IMG/VR virus record: IMGVR_UViG_3300044296_000258
Span: 1 to 41,430 of that record
DNA length: 41,430 nt
Origin: a virus
Taxonomy: Duplodnaviria; Caudoviricetes
Direction: 5' to 3' (one strand)
Part shown: piece after piece, positions 16,720 to 27,054 of the stretch
Position numbering within the stretch: the stretch's first letter is position 1
Layout of the letters: every line of letters begins with the position of its first letter
Notes under the pieces: generated by a model
The model's input: only the letters and a program-made list of their open reading frames with translations
The model's database searches: none
What the model was told of the DNA's origin: nothing
Translations under genes and position numbers: made by a program

Positions 16720-19700
16720 TTATGCACCCGCAGGTAAAGCAATTCCACGGAAATCACGAACTTTTGGAACATCAGTTGTTGAAGTTCCTGTCAATACAAT
16801 CTTAATAGCAAAAGTTTTAAATTTCGTAAATGTTGAAGTTCCTGAAGTATATGAAACTGTATTATTCGCTGTTCCATTTGTACCAGGCGCAAACGTTAAT
16901 TCACGATAATCAGTTGGCGATGATGATACATAATTTTCATTACCTAATTGTGCCATCAATTGCCATGATTTATTATCAAATGTATCTGTATCTGATTTTG
17001 ATAACAATTTATAATAAACATAAATGTTTGAACCTGATGGTTTATATGCAGTTAAGAATACTCTTAAATCCCCCGATTCAAATCCATCGGCTAACGTAAC
17101 TTTACGTGCAATATATCTTGAATATGCATTTCCACCAGATTTTGCATCTTCACCATTATAGGTTGCTGTTGCATTTCCAGAAATTGTAATTGTTGGTGAT
17201 GTTGTATATCCTGAACCTGGAGTATCAACAACAATACCTGTAATTGTTCCAGATGTTACATTTGCAACAGCATATGCATTTGCACCTGAACCGTTTCCAC
17301 CAGAAATTGTTACTGAAGCATTTCCAGCATATCCTGAACCTGTGCTTCCTATAATAAATCCTGTATTTAATAATGGCATATTGTTAATAATATTTTCAAC
17401 AAATATGCTACCAAAACGTGTTGCATCTAAAATAGGTGAAACAGCCTCATTTGTTGAATTCATTGTTGCACGTAAAATAAATGTTCTTGCACCAATTGAT
17501 GGATCCAATACTCTACGATCCCCATCATCATTACATTGATAATCATAAATTGGATTTATTGTTTTATATCCAGCAAGTCCACCTGTCGATTTATATGATT
17601 GAAATTCATATTGCAATGAAGTATTTGCAACAACAATTTCAGATGACAATAAACTTAAAGTGTCAAATACAGTATTTGATGTTGGAACATCTTTTAATGC
17701 AAAAGATGCATAACCAGTTTTTGTTGTATCAAATGATTTTCTATACAATCTAAACATCAAATCTGAATTTTGATCTGTTTCCCATGTCGAAGCATTTTGT
17801 GATTTAAACATTGAACCGATGTATGGTTGTTTTGATATATTTACACCATCAGCTAAATTATTTAATGTTTGTGTTGCATAAAATACTTTATATTTTTCTG
17901 AATTAGCCATAACAACAAAAGAATGTTCACCCGCTTTCAGATATACTGGTGCATCAAGAACAAATTCAGTATATTTTGTTGCATCATCTAAATCAGGTAT
18001 ACCATTTGAACCAATTGCAATTACTTTATCAGGTGTTAATGTAACTTCAGCAAATGTATAACCCACAAAAGTTGATGGATATCCATTTACAGCAGGACGG
18101 ATTTGAACTGTTACAGGTATTACATCATCTTTTTCAGCAAAACATATACGGATTTTATCCAACATAATTCCATCTGGATATGTTTGTGGTGAAACAAAGA
18201 ATGTTTCAGCCAATGGATCACAACCACTAGTAGAAGCTACACTTGGATCAGCAGAGAATGTAGTTGTACCATTAAATACGACTTGTGTTTGATTTACAGA
18301 AGTTCTTTCGGTTACAGGTGCAATAGTTGTAATAGTTTCTTTTTGTAATGTTTCCAATATACCCTGTGCATAGTAATTTGTATCACCACTTGTTGTGCAT
18401 GATGGAAAATCTCCAGTTGAAGTATCCATTAACACAAAAGGTTTTGCACCAGTTTTAAATTGACCCGATGGTATATAGAATATACCTGATATATCACCAT
18501 TTCTTGTTGTTGTCAATCTACCAATTGAATATATTGAATTAGATGTTGGTGTTGTTGTCCAAGCACTTGTAACAGAAAGATTTCTTGTTGCTGCGTTATA
18601 TGCAGATATTGTTCTTTGTTGTCCTGCACCTGTTCCTGCTACAATGAAAACTGTGGTACTATTTGATGTATTTGCATACCAGGTTTCATTGTTTGCACCT
18701 GACGCATCAATAGACAATACAATTGATGTTCCAGTTGCACTAACAACATTACCTGAGAAATGTTCATATCCAACAACGTTTGCAGTCAAACCAGATTCTT
18801 GACCAGTAATTTTTGTATTACCGATAAATGAAGCACCAGGAACTTCAACAGTATTAAAAGTAAATACTGAATTACCCGAATTTTGTGCAGTTTTAACGAC
18901 ATTGATTACTGTGCTTGTAATTGTATTTGAAACATTGATTTTTTCAGGTGTTCCTAATCCACAATGGAATAATAATCCACCTTTGTCAATTAAAAATCTA
19001 TTAGCACGTTGAACATAATTTTCAACTGCACGATTGCCAACATCAAAAAATGGATATAATGTTGCTAATGGTTTAAAATTTGAAGCATAGAAATATACAC
19101 GATTTGAACGCATATAAGGTATTACTGACAAATTAACAACTTTATCACCTAAAGTTGCTGTTATTTGTTTTGGTACAACTGTTGAAATTATACCTTGTCT
19201 TTGTTGTGTTACATTTTGTCCTGTTGAAGTAAATGTACCACCACTAGCCCACCAACTTGTTGAAACAGGAGATTTTATTCCTGTATCAATCCATGCACCA
19301 TATACTATATCAGTAGGAATTCTATCAGTAATTTTTTTCCATGCATCTAAATCACCTGATAGATCAGCATTAACATCAGCACCACGTTCAGTATCAATCC
19401 AATTATCAGATGCAGGATTTAATTTAATTCTTCCAAGAAATTTAACAACCTGAAATGGATTTACTTCAATAATACCAGATGCTAAATTCTGTTCAACAAA
19501 CGCAATAGAATTAGCAGAAATTGTTATAAATTGTCCTGAATCTAAACAATCAATTGAATTTGCAGTATCGTATTGCAAACCATATTGATGAACATTTACT
19601 GATGGACGCATTTCTTTGTTGATTGAATCAATTGATGCTTTAAAATCTAAATTCTCAAAGTCCATAACAGATTGTCCTCTAAACGAATCTGTTATAATAC

Positions 19701-22686
19701 CATTTTTAAATCTTGGCAAATTAGTTGTATCTAAAATTGAAAAATCTTGTTTGTTTAATGTATCTTGTTCAATTAAAGAAAGTGTTGTGTAATATTCAAG
19801 ATTTTCAACACGTTTTTCAATTACACCAATATCACGCATTGTATAACGTTTATTTTCAACATATTCAACAGAAATGTTTGCTGTATTTGCAACATATGGT
19901 GGATTATGCAATATATAAATTGACATTGCATCACTTGGATTTAATGGCTCAATTGGATTTAAAGATGATTGTCCTTTTACAACTTCAAATGTTCCATTTT
20001 TATGAACAACAACTCTATCAATCCTTGGCATATAATATGAATAATCTGCACGAATACTTGAACCAATATTAGGTATTTCTGAACCAATTGCACTTGATGT
20101 TAGATCAAATGTAACTGTACCTGAAGTATAAGCACCTGCTGCATCTGATCTTACAGGACGAAAATCAAAACAATCTCTCAAACTATATACTGTTCCTGCT
20201 TGTGATGTATAAGAAGGAATTATTGAATAATTTGGAATATATGATGTATTGGTAAAGAAACCTGTTCCAGAAGAAGTATAGCGATTGTATCTAACAACAA
20301 TAGGACCAACAGGAGGTGTAACTCCACCTTTTAATACAATTGATGAATGGTCATAATATGAATCTTTTTGACCTGAAGTCAATGTATATTTTGATGTTAT
20401 ATCTGTACCGCCTGTATTTGCAACAGCAGCACCGTTAAAATCAAGAACTTGAACAAGTTGAGTTACATCTGTTACATATAATGATTGTGCTGTTCCTGGT
20501 GTTTTATTTACAGAAGCAGCAGCAATTGTTGTTTGTCCTTGTGTTCCATAAACAAGTGCAGCACCAGAATCAACGTTTGCAGTTTGATTACCACTTGCAC
20601 CTGAACCTGAACCGTTTGCTGAAGTTTGAACACAAGGATTACATGTTACATAAGTTTTTACTTTTGCTGAAGGTGATGAACTATCAATTGTTGCAATAAT
20701 GTTTGCAACCATATTTCCACCACTTGCAACAGTAATTTTCTTTGTTGAAGTATCAACTGTAATTGCAGTTGCAGGAACAGTTTGTCCAACACCATAAGGA
20801 CTTGTTCCTTGTGTTGTTACTGTAATCAAATAGTTTTCTGCTTTTGCTGATGACGTTGATACATTTACTAATGATTCACCTGATTGCAAAGTCAATGCAG
20901 GTGATTGTGAACTTGTAAATGATTGACTTGTATATAATCTCTTATATGTGTAAGAAATATCGGTTACTGAATTATTTGCAATCCAATCTTCACCCAATTT
21001 AAAGATTAATGGTTCAAGAGCAGTATCACTAATATATGCATCTTGATATGTTGAAGCAAAATCTTTTGAGAAATTATCAATTTGTGCTGAACTGACTATC
21101 TTTGATGAACCGTTTAATGAAGCAAAACTTTCAGCATCATTGAATTCAAAATCAATTGAGAATTTTGATGTTGATGTTGGTATACTTACAAATGAATCTG
21201 CTGTTGAGAATGTTAAAGTTTGTGTTGTAGTATTAAATGAAGTAATAGTTTTTGGTGCTTCATCTGAACCAGTACCTGTTGTAATTCTTAATTTTGCACC
21301 AGCATAGGCATCTGCAACATTTGAATAATACAATCCTGCAACAGTATTACCAATTGTTAGTGTTGTTGCTGTTGCGGTATTAACATTTCCTGTTATTGAA
21401 TTATTGATATTTACATCAAATAATGTTGTTCTATAAACATATGTTTGTGCATTTTGAGTATTGCCTGAATCATAGATATATGATTTTATACGAACTGTAC
21501 CAATTTTTGTATTGCTATAAATTGCTGTTGTTGCATCATTTGCAGTTGGTACACAATGAACATCCATTGTTGTTAATGAATCAATAGGTAAAGAACCTAC
21601 ATGATTTTTAGTATAAACATATTCACCATAATCAGCGGATATGTTTTTATTATTGACACTTATTGTTTCTCTTGGTTTATCAACAATAATGTTTTCGGGA
21701 AATTTCTTTCTTACTTCATAACCATAAACATATGCTGTTCCTGTTGATAGTGATATATTTGATTGTGCAGTATTTGATGTATTATCTGATAATGTAATTA
21801 GAAATGGTTGAACAGTATAATTTCCAGATTCATCATATGTTCGTCTTGCAAATTCATCTGCTAAAACTGCATATTCAGGTGAATCTTTTAATGTTATCAA
21901 ATTACCATTTACAAATCGTGCAACTTCGATAAATTGTGTTGTATCTGTTGAATCTAATGAACGTGAAGCTAAAGTGAAATTGATGATAAAGCGGTCTGCG
22001 CCTGGTGCTTGATAGTTTGAAGCATCTAAAGCAGGATCAAGCAAACTTGTATCATCATTTGATGTTGATATTTCTTCGGTTATTTCAAAACCAACTTTTG
22101 CGTTTGCATTTGTTGTATATTTTGAAACTGCAATTGTTTGTTTATCATTTTTAACAAAAAAACCTTCATAGAACCAAATACCTTCATCAATAGAAAAAGT
22201 CAAACCATTTCCAACACCTGAAGTTGCGATTGTTGCATATGCAGGTGATGTTTCATCTGTTTTTATGGTTTCACCTGCAACAAAAACATCACCGATATCT
22301 TGAACAACCATTAAAGTTATTGGATCACCAGTGCCTAAATCAGCATCATATGTTTTTATAACTTTTGCTCGTTTTGAACCATCATTTGAATAAATTGTTT
22401 TATTATCAAAATTATTTACTGAAACAGCAATACTTGAATAGCTTGAATTTAATTTAAGATATGTTACAATTTGTCGTGTTTGTCCAGCACCTGGACTAAC
22501 TCTTGAACCATTTCTAAAGACATGTTTACCAAAAAGTGATGTTTGATTTTGAAGTGCTGTTTGAAGTTGTGTTAATTCTCTTGCCTGAACTGCATATCCA
22601 GGCTTAAACAACATTCTAAGGTGTTTTTTATCTGCATCAAAATCATCATAATAAGGATTTGCATTGAAATTGGTATTGATTGACAT
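16720..22686 (-). CDS. Large virion structural protein (DUF4815/VrlC-like)
   Basis: NFNANPYYDDFD...LFKPGYAVQARELTQLQT, APGADR, RRTYDESGNY, RYTMRDIG..EKRVENLEYYTTLSL, DPLAETF. Confidence 0.85.
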   Translation of the reverse strand: MSINTNFNANPYYDDFDADKKHLRMLFKPGYAVQARELTQLQTALQNQTSLFGKHVFRNGSRVSPGAGQTRQIVTYLKLNSSYSSIAVSVNNFDNKTIYSNDGSKRAKVIKTYDADLGTGDPITLMVVQDIGDVFVAGETIKTDETSPAYATIATSGVGNGLTFSIDEGIWFYEGFFVKNDKQTIAVSKYTTNANAKVGFEITEEISTSNDDTSLLDPALDASNYQAPGADRFIINFTLASRSLDSTDTTQFIEVARFVNGNLITLKDSPEYAVLADEFARRTYDESGNYTVQPFLITLSDNTSNTAQSNISLSTGTAYVYGYEVRKKFPENIIVDKPRETISVNNKNISADYGEYVYTKNHVGSLPIDSLTTMDVHCVPTANDATTAIYSNTKIGTVRIKSYIYDSGNTQNAQTYVYRTTLFDVNINNSITGNVNTATATTLTIGNTVAGLYYSNVADAYAGAKLRITTGTGSDEAPKTITSFNTTTQTLTFSTADSFVSIPTSTSKFSIDFEFNDAESFASLNGSSKIVSSAQIDNFSKDFASTYQDAYISDTALEPLIFKLGEDWIANNSVTDISYTYKRLYTSQSFTSSQSPALTLQSGESLVNVSTSSAKAENYLITVTTQGTSPYGVGQTVPATAITVDTSTKKITVASGGNMVANIIATIDSSSPSAKVKTYVTCNPCVQTSANGSGSGASGNQTANVDSGAALVYGTQGQTTIAAASVNKTPGTAQSLYVTDVTQLVQVLDFNGAAVANTGGTDITSKYTLTSGQKDSYYDHSSIVLKGGVTPPVGPIVVRYNRYTSSGTGFFTNTSYIPNYSIIPSYTSQAGTVYSLRDCFDFRPVRSDAAGAYTSGTVTFDLTSSAIGSEIPNIGSSIRADYSYYMPRIDRVVVHKNGTFEVVKGQSSLNPIEPLNPSDAMSIYILHNPPYVANTANISVEYVENKRYTMRDIGVIEKRVENLEYYTTLSLIEQDTLNKQDFSILDTTNLPRFKNGIITDSFRGQSVMDFENLDFKASIDSINKEMRPSVNVHQYGLQYDTANSIDCLDSGQFITISANSIAFVEQNLASGIIEVNPFQVVKFLGRIKLNPASDNWIDTERGADVNADLSGDLDAWKKITDRIPTDIVYGAWIDTGIKSPVSTSWWASGGTFTSTGQNVTQQRQGIISTVVPKQITATLGDKVVNLSVIPYMRSNRVYFYASNFKPLATLYPFFDVGNRAVENYVQRANRFLIDKGGLLFHCGLGTPEKINVSNTITSTVINVVKTAQNSGNSVFTFNTVEVPGASFIGNTKITGQESGLTANVVGYEHFSGNVVSATGTSIVLSIDASGANNETWYANTSNSTTVFIVAGTGAGQQRTISAYNAATRNLSVTSAWTTTPTSNSIYSIGRLTTTRNGDISGIFYIPSGQFKTGAKPFVLMDTSTGDFPSCTTSGDTNYYAQGILETLQKETITTIAPVTERTSVNQTQVVFNGTTTFSADPSVASTSGCDPLAETFFVSPQTYPDGIMLDKIRICFAEKDDVIPVTVQIRPAVNGYPSTFVGYTFAEVTLTPDKVIAIGSNGIPDLDDATKYTEFVLDAPVYLKAGEHSFVVMANSEKYKVFYATQTLNNLADGVNISKQPYIGSMFKSQNASTWETDQNSDLMFRLYRKSFDTTKTGYASFALKDVPTSNTVFDTLSLLSSEIVVANTSLQYEFQSYKSTGGLAGYKTINPIYDYQCNDDGDRRVLDPSIGARTFILRATMNSTNEAVSPILDATRFGSIFVENIINNMPLLNTGFIIGSTGSGYAGNASVTISGGNGSGANAYAVANVTSGTITGIVVDTPGSGYTTSPTITISGNATATYNGEDAKSGGNAYSRYIARKVTLADGFESGDLRVFLTAYKPSGSNIYVYYKLLSKSDTDTFDNKSWQLMAQLGNENYVSSSPTDYRELTFAPGTNGTANNTVSYTSGTSTFTKFKTFAIKIVLTGTSTTDVPKVRDFRGIALPAGA

Positions 22687-22698
22687 TTATATTTTTTC

Positions 22699-24243
22699 CT
22701 AAAATCTTATAACAAATTTTAAATTTTCTGCTTGTCCATCTGTTCTTTGTTTTTTGGTAATATTTTCAGCATAGATAATATCACCTGTGTATGGTTGCAA
22801 TTCTGGATTTGTCTTTGTTACAACAACTCTACCTGTTGGATTTGTTGTTATTCCTTTTAACGGCGCACCAATCGAAATTGTTCCAATCACATTTGTTAAT
22901 CTTACAGTATTTGTATCCTGTGCATTTACATAACCACTAAATGTTGCAGTATTTGCATTTGTTCCTTGATATACAAATTCATCTAAATTATAAGATGTAC
23001 CTGCAATCAACGAAATATTTGTGGTCTGTGAAATTGCACTATTAGCATTCGCAATCGTTTCTGCTACACTATCACCATATTTATATGGGTTTATAAGAAT
23101 ACCATACTGTCTAAATGTAGTATTTGATGAAATTAATCCACCTTCTGTTGAATCAACTGCACCTATTTTTGAACTAATCATAACATTTGTTGCACCAAGT
23201 TCTTTTGCTGGATTTTTACCATGCCCAAATTTAGGTGAAAGTATTGCTCTTGCATTTGCATTGGTACCAGTTCCATACAAATATACATTACAACGTGAAA
23301 ATCCTTTTCCAGATGTTACTGTAATTGATCCTACAGTATTTCCTGATAAATTTACTATACCTGATGCTGAAGTGCCATCACCATCAAAATAAACTCTTGT
23401 TGATATTGCTAATCCATTCGAAGAACCACCACCCAAATCTATTGTAGCAGTTGAAATTGTAATTTGATTATAAACTGTATCAACAGAAGAAATATATGTT
23501 TCTGGTGCAATTCCTGTACCAGAAATTGACATATTTGCTGCAATATTATTAGTATTTGAAACTGTCAATACAGTACAACTATTAGAAAAAGCACTTACTG
23601 TTATTGTGCTATGAATATATCCCGTACCAGCATTTGTTACAGCAACCGTTGTTAATTCACCATCAACTGTAATAACATCTGACATACTATAATCTAATTT
23701 AGCAGAAGATGTTGGTACAGGAATCCATGTGTTTGTTGTAAACTTATTAGATGGTAAAATATTATACAAATATTTCCAAACATAACCATCCAATGTTGTT
23801 ATATTTCCATTCGCTGATAAATTTTGTCCTGTTGGTTGAACTGTTGAGTTTGCCGAAGCATTATTTGAAAGACACAAATATACATTTCTGTCCGTTGTAA
23901 TTACATACATCGGATTTAAATTTTGTGATGCATTTGCTGTTAATAAATCAGTTAAATGTATTGTATCATCATATTGACGATATTTTGTATTTCCTGTCCA
24001 ATCAATTCTAGGTGCAACCAACTCAACATCATTTCCTGTTATTTTCTTTCCGGCATACATATTATCCCAAAGATATTTTTCACTGGAAACAGTATCAATT
24101 ATAGTATCAGGAGTAGATTCATTACTCCAAGCTAAATGTTTACCTAAAAATGTATAACCTAATGTTGAACTGTAAAAAGAATTTTTGAATAGTTCCGCAT
24201 TATTATATGATGTTTTTATTGATGTATATGAAGTATTTGCCAT
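22699..24243 (-). CDS. gp8: Baseplate wedge subunit
   Basis: PRIDW...Y..YDD, VYLCLSNN, DGYVWKYLY, ENLKFVIRF end; synteny after gp6-gp7. Confidence 0.85.
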   Translation of the reverse strand: MANTSYTSIKTSYNNAELFKNSFYSSTLGYTFLGKHLAWSNESTPDTIIDTVSSEKYLWDNMYAGKKITGNDVELVAPRIDWTGNTKYRQYDDTIHLTDLLTANASQNLNPMYVITTDRNVYLCLSNNASANSTVQPTGQNLSANGNITTLDGYVWKYLYNILPSNKFTTNTWIPVPTSSAKLDYSMSDVITVDGELTTVAVTNAGTGYIHSTITVSAFSNSCTVLTVSNTNNIAANMSISGTGIAPETYISSVDTVYNQITISTATIDLGGGSSNGLAISTRVYFDGDGTSASGIVNLSGNTVGSITVTSGKGFSRCNVYLYGTGTNANARAILSPKFGHGKNPAKELGATNVMISSKIGAVDSTEGGLISSNTTFRQYGILINPYKYGDSVAETIANANSAISQTTNISLIAGTSYNLDEFVYQGTNANTATFSGYVNAQDTNTVRLTNVIGTISIGAPLKGITTNPTGRVVVTKTNPELQPYTGDIIYAENITKKQRTDGQAENLKFVIRF

Positions 24244-24250
24244 AGTTTTC

Positions 24251-24257
24251 TATTTAT
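24251..24257 (-). promoter_or_regulatory. T4-type late promoter (ATAAATA)
   Basis: TATTTAT 7 nt before the gp8 start. Confidence 0.5.
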
Positions 24258-24258
24258 T

Positions 24259-27054
24259 TCAACTTAAAACAACGATGCTTTCATTGTTTGTAGTTATTGT
24301 AAATGCTGATGTAACAGCAAGATTTGTATTGCTTATAACACTACTAATCGTTCTAATCTGTGAATTAATTGCAATTTGTGAACCAATCGTAAATATTGTT
24401 GTATTTGCAACATTAAATTTGGTATTTGTTCCAGTAACATATATACTTCCACTTTGAACATTTGCTGTACCTGCTATTGATAATTCAGTATTGGTATATA
24501 CAGCAGTTGGTATAACATAATCAGGAACATCAACATTTACATATTCACCATATACTTTAAAACCAGAAGGATGTAACAAATCTTTAAATATTTGTTTATA
24601 ATTTGAAAATTCTCTTGTTGATGATAAAACATATGAATAATCAACATAATAATTACGACCTTCAAGTTTTCTTTCAGATGAAGAAATGATACTATCCGAT
24701 GTTGTCCATCTGCCAGGTAAAGTTTCAAATGTTGTTGATACATTACCATATGCTGTTGCTGTACCATCACCACTTCTGGTTAAATCAATATAAGGCACAT
24801 ATTTCAAACCTGAACCAGGATCGACAAGTGTAATTTCTTGTATTTCACCTGGACGATTATTACCCGATACAGCAGATAAACTTTCACCATCACCCATAAT
24901 GGCAGTAACAGAAATATCTGCATTTGATGCTGAAACATTTGATGAAGATACTGTAACAGTTGGTAACTTATCTTGAGTATAGTTTTCACCACCCAACATA
25001 TATTTGTTCCACAAACGAATTGGTTTTCCTGTTGCAGTTTCACCAAATGCAGTATTTACATTTAATGATACATCAGATGCAATTACAGTAATTGTTCTTG
25101 TATTTGTTCCTATTTTTATTTGTTCACCAACAACAAGTTCACTTGTAAATGCTGTTCCAGTTCCAACAATCATTACATTTGATGCTTGAATGTTTGCGGT
25201 ACCTGTAATTTTTGAGGGAACAAATTGAACAGATGTTATTGTACCATTTGCATCGACATTAGAAACTTCGGCAGCAGCACCTATACCAAATGACATTGGT
25301 TTATTTGTAAATACTAATTCGTCACCAACAACATATCCTGTTCCGCCATTATTAATAATCAATTTACCTAAAGAACCAAAAGTGTCAATATAAATTTTAG
25401 AATATACAGATGTATTTGCAGTTTGTGGTGCAATATTAAGAACTGCGGGTGTTGCATTTAGAGCGGGAGAAACAGGTACAAAAGCATTTGCAACATCAAT
25501 TGCAACATTGCTTATTTCACCAAGATTTGTATATGATGAGGTTGCTAAAACTTGTATAATATTACTATTTAAATTTGATCCACCACCTGTATTTCCTGGA
25601 AAATGCCAATTACTGGTTGATAATACAGTAATTGTTGGATCAACATCGCTAATAATATCAGTAAATATTGTAAATGTATTTGGTGTATTTGCACCTGTTG
25701 TATTAACTGTATTGATATGAAATAACAATTCTGAGGGTAAATAACCAACTGCAACAATATTTGCAGTTGGTACATTAGCAAATCCGGCACCACCATTACC
25801 TATTGAAACGGTTGAAATGGTACCTTTAAACGTTTTGCTAACTATCGCATAAGGATTTCTATCTGAATTTGGTGCATTTACAATTATATGATCACCAACA
25901 TTATAACTTGAACCACCATACGTTAAAGTTATACTTGCTAAAGATGAAAATGATTGTAATGAAACTGGAATTAAATTACCATCAGGTCCAATTATATCGG
26001 TAGTTAATTTTTCACCAAATGAAAAGTCACCAATTAATGTTTTTGAATTTACAAACAATTCAACAATAAGTTGATTATTAATATAACGTGATGCTACTTT
26101 TTCAACGATTGCGGATGCACCTGATGAAACACCCGATATTTTACGATTTGCAAAAATATTATAATCTAAAGAATTATAATAAATGTATATTTTTTCATTA
26201 TTAGGTATAGCAGCATCAAAAGCAACTTTTTGTGATTCTTTCCTTACAAAGACAGAAGTTTTGTTTAAAAGAGAAACATATTTAACTCTATTGGATAATA
26301 TAGTAGGATTTAATACAGTTTCAATATAATTTTTTTGTGCTGTTGTTATTGTTTGTCCATTATACCATTTTAAATATATTAAGGCATCGGCACTTGTAAC
26401 TAAACCATCATTTGTAATATCACCTAATTTTCTTCCAGAAAAAGATTCTTTTAATAAACTACTATATGGTTCTTGTGAAGTTGCAGCCAATAATATATAA
26501 TTTGCCATATTAACATAATTAATGGATACTATATTAATATCAGAATATTCACTAGGAGCAATTAAATAAAATTCTTTATTTGTTCCATCACCTGTATATG
26601 ATGAATAAATGTCTGTTGTTACTTTTATCAAATTCTCAACAAGCCATTTACCATCCGATGCTCTTAAAATATTATCTTTTGGATACTTTATTTCAAGTTC
26701 TTGTGCAAACAATAATCTGAAAAGAAGTTTAAATGATTTTTCTGAACCTTTTGAAAGATATAATGGTAAAACATGTTTAATTAAAAATGCTTTATCAACA
26801 GCAACATCTTTTGGAAACAAACTTGCAAATGTGTTGAAAAATTGTTGTTCAAATGCATCAATTGAATAATCAACATCAGAAATATAACGCAAATCTTTTG
26901 ATTTTGTTATTACATCATTTGATTGTCCAGATTGTTCTTGTTCCAAAAATTCATAATATGCTTCAAGGAAATTTTGAAATAGAGGATATTCTTCCCGAAC
27001 AAATTCAGGAAGTTGTCTATTTACAAGTATAGATGTTTTATAATCAGTAGTCAT
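24259..27054 (-). CDS. gp7: Baseplate wedge initiator
   Basis: QLPEFVREEYPLF..FLEAYYEFLE, YLSKGSEKSFKLLFRLLF, ASDGKW, YYVDYSYV, LLHPSG. Confidence 0.8.
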   Translation of the reverse strand: MTTDYKTSILVNRQLPEFVREEYPLFQNFLEAYYEFLEQEQSGQSNDVITKSKDLRYISDVDYSIDAFEQQFFNTFASLFPKDVAVDKAFLIKHVLPLYLSKGSEKSFKLLFRLLFAQELEIKYPKDNILRASDGKWLVENLIKVTTDIYSSYTGDGTNKEFYLIAPSEYSDINIVSINYVNMANYILLAATSQEPYSSLLKESFSGRKLGDITNDGLVTSADALIYLKWYNGQTITTAQKNYIETVLNPTILSNRVKYVSLLNKTSVFVRKESQKVAFDAAIPNNEKIYIYYNSLDYNIFANRKISGVSSGASAIVEKVASRYINNQLIVELFVNSKTLIGDFSFGEKLTTDIIGPDGNLIPVSLQSFSSLASITLTYGGSSYNVGDHIIVNAPNSDRNPYAIVSKTFKGTISTVSIGNGGAGFANVPTANIVAVGYLPSELLFHINTVNTTGANTPNTFTIFTDIISDVDPTITVLSTSNWHFPGNTGGGSNLNSNIIQVLATSSYTNLGEISNVAIDVANAFVPVSPALNATPAVLNIAPQTANTSVYSKIYIDTFGSLGKLIINNGGTGYVVGDELVFTNKPMSFGIGAAAEVSNVDANGTITSVQFVPSKITGTANIQASNVMIVGTGTAFTSELVVGEQIKIGTNTRTITVIASDVSLNVNTAFGETATGKPIRLWNKYMLGGENYTQDKLPTVTVSSSNVSASNADISVTAIMGDGESLSAVSGNNRPGEIQEITLVDPGSGLKYVPYIDLTRSGDGTATAYGNVSTTFETLPGRWTTSDSIISSSERKLEGRNYYVDYSYVLSSTREFSNYKQIFKDLLHPSGFKVYGEYVNVDVPDYVIPTAVYTNTELSIAGTANVQSGSIYVTGTNTKFNVANTTIFTIGSQIAINSQIRTISSVISNTNLAVTSAFTITTNNESIVVLS

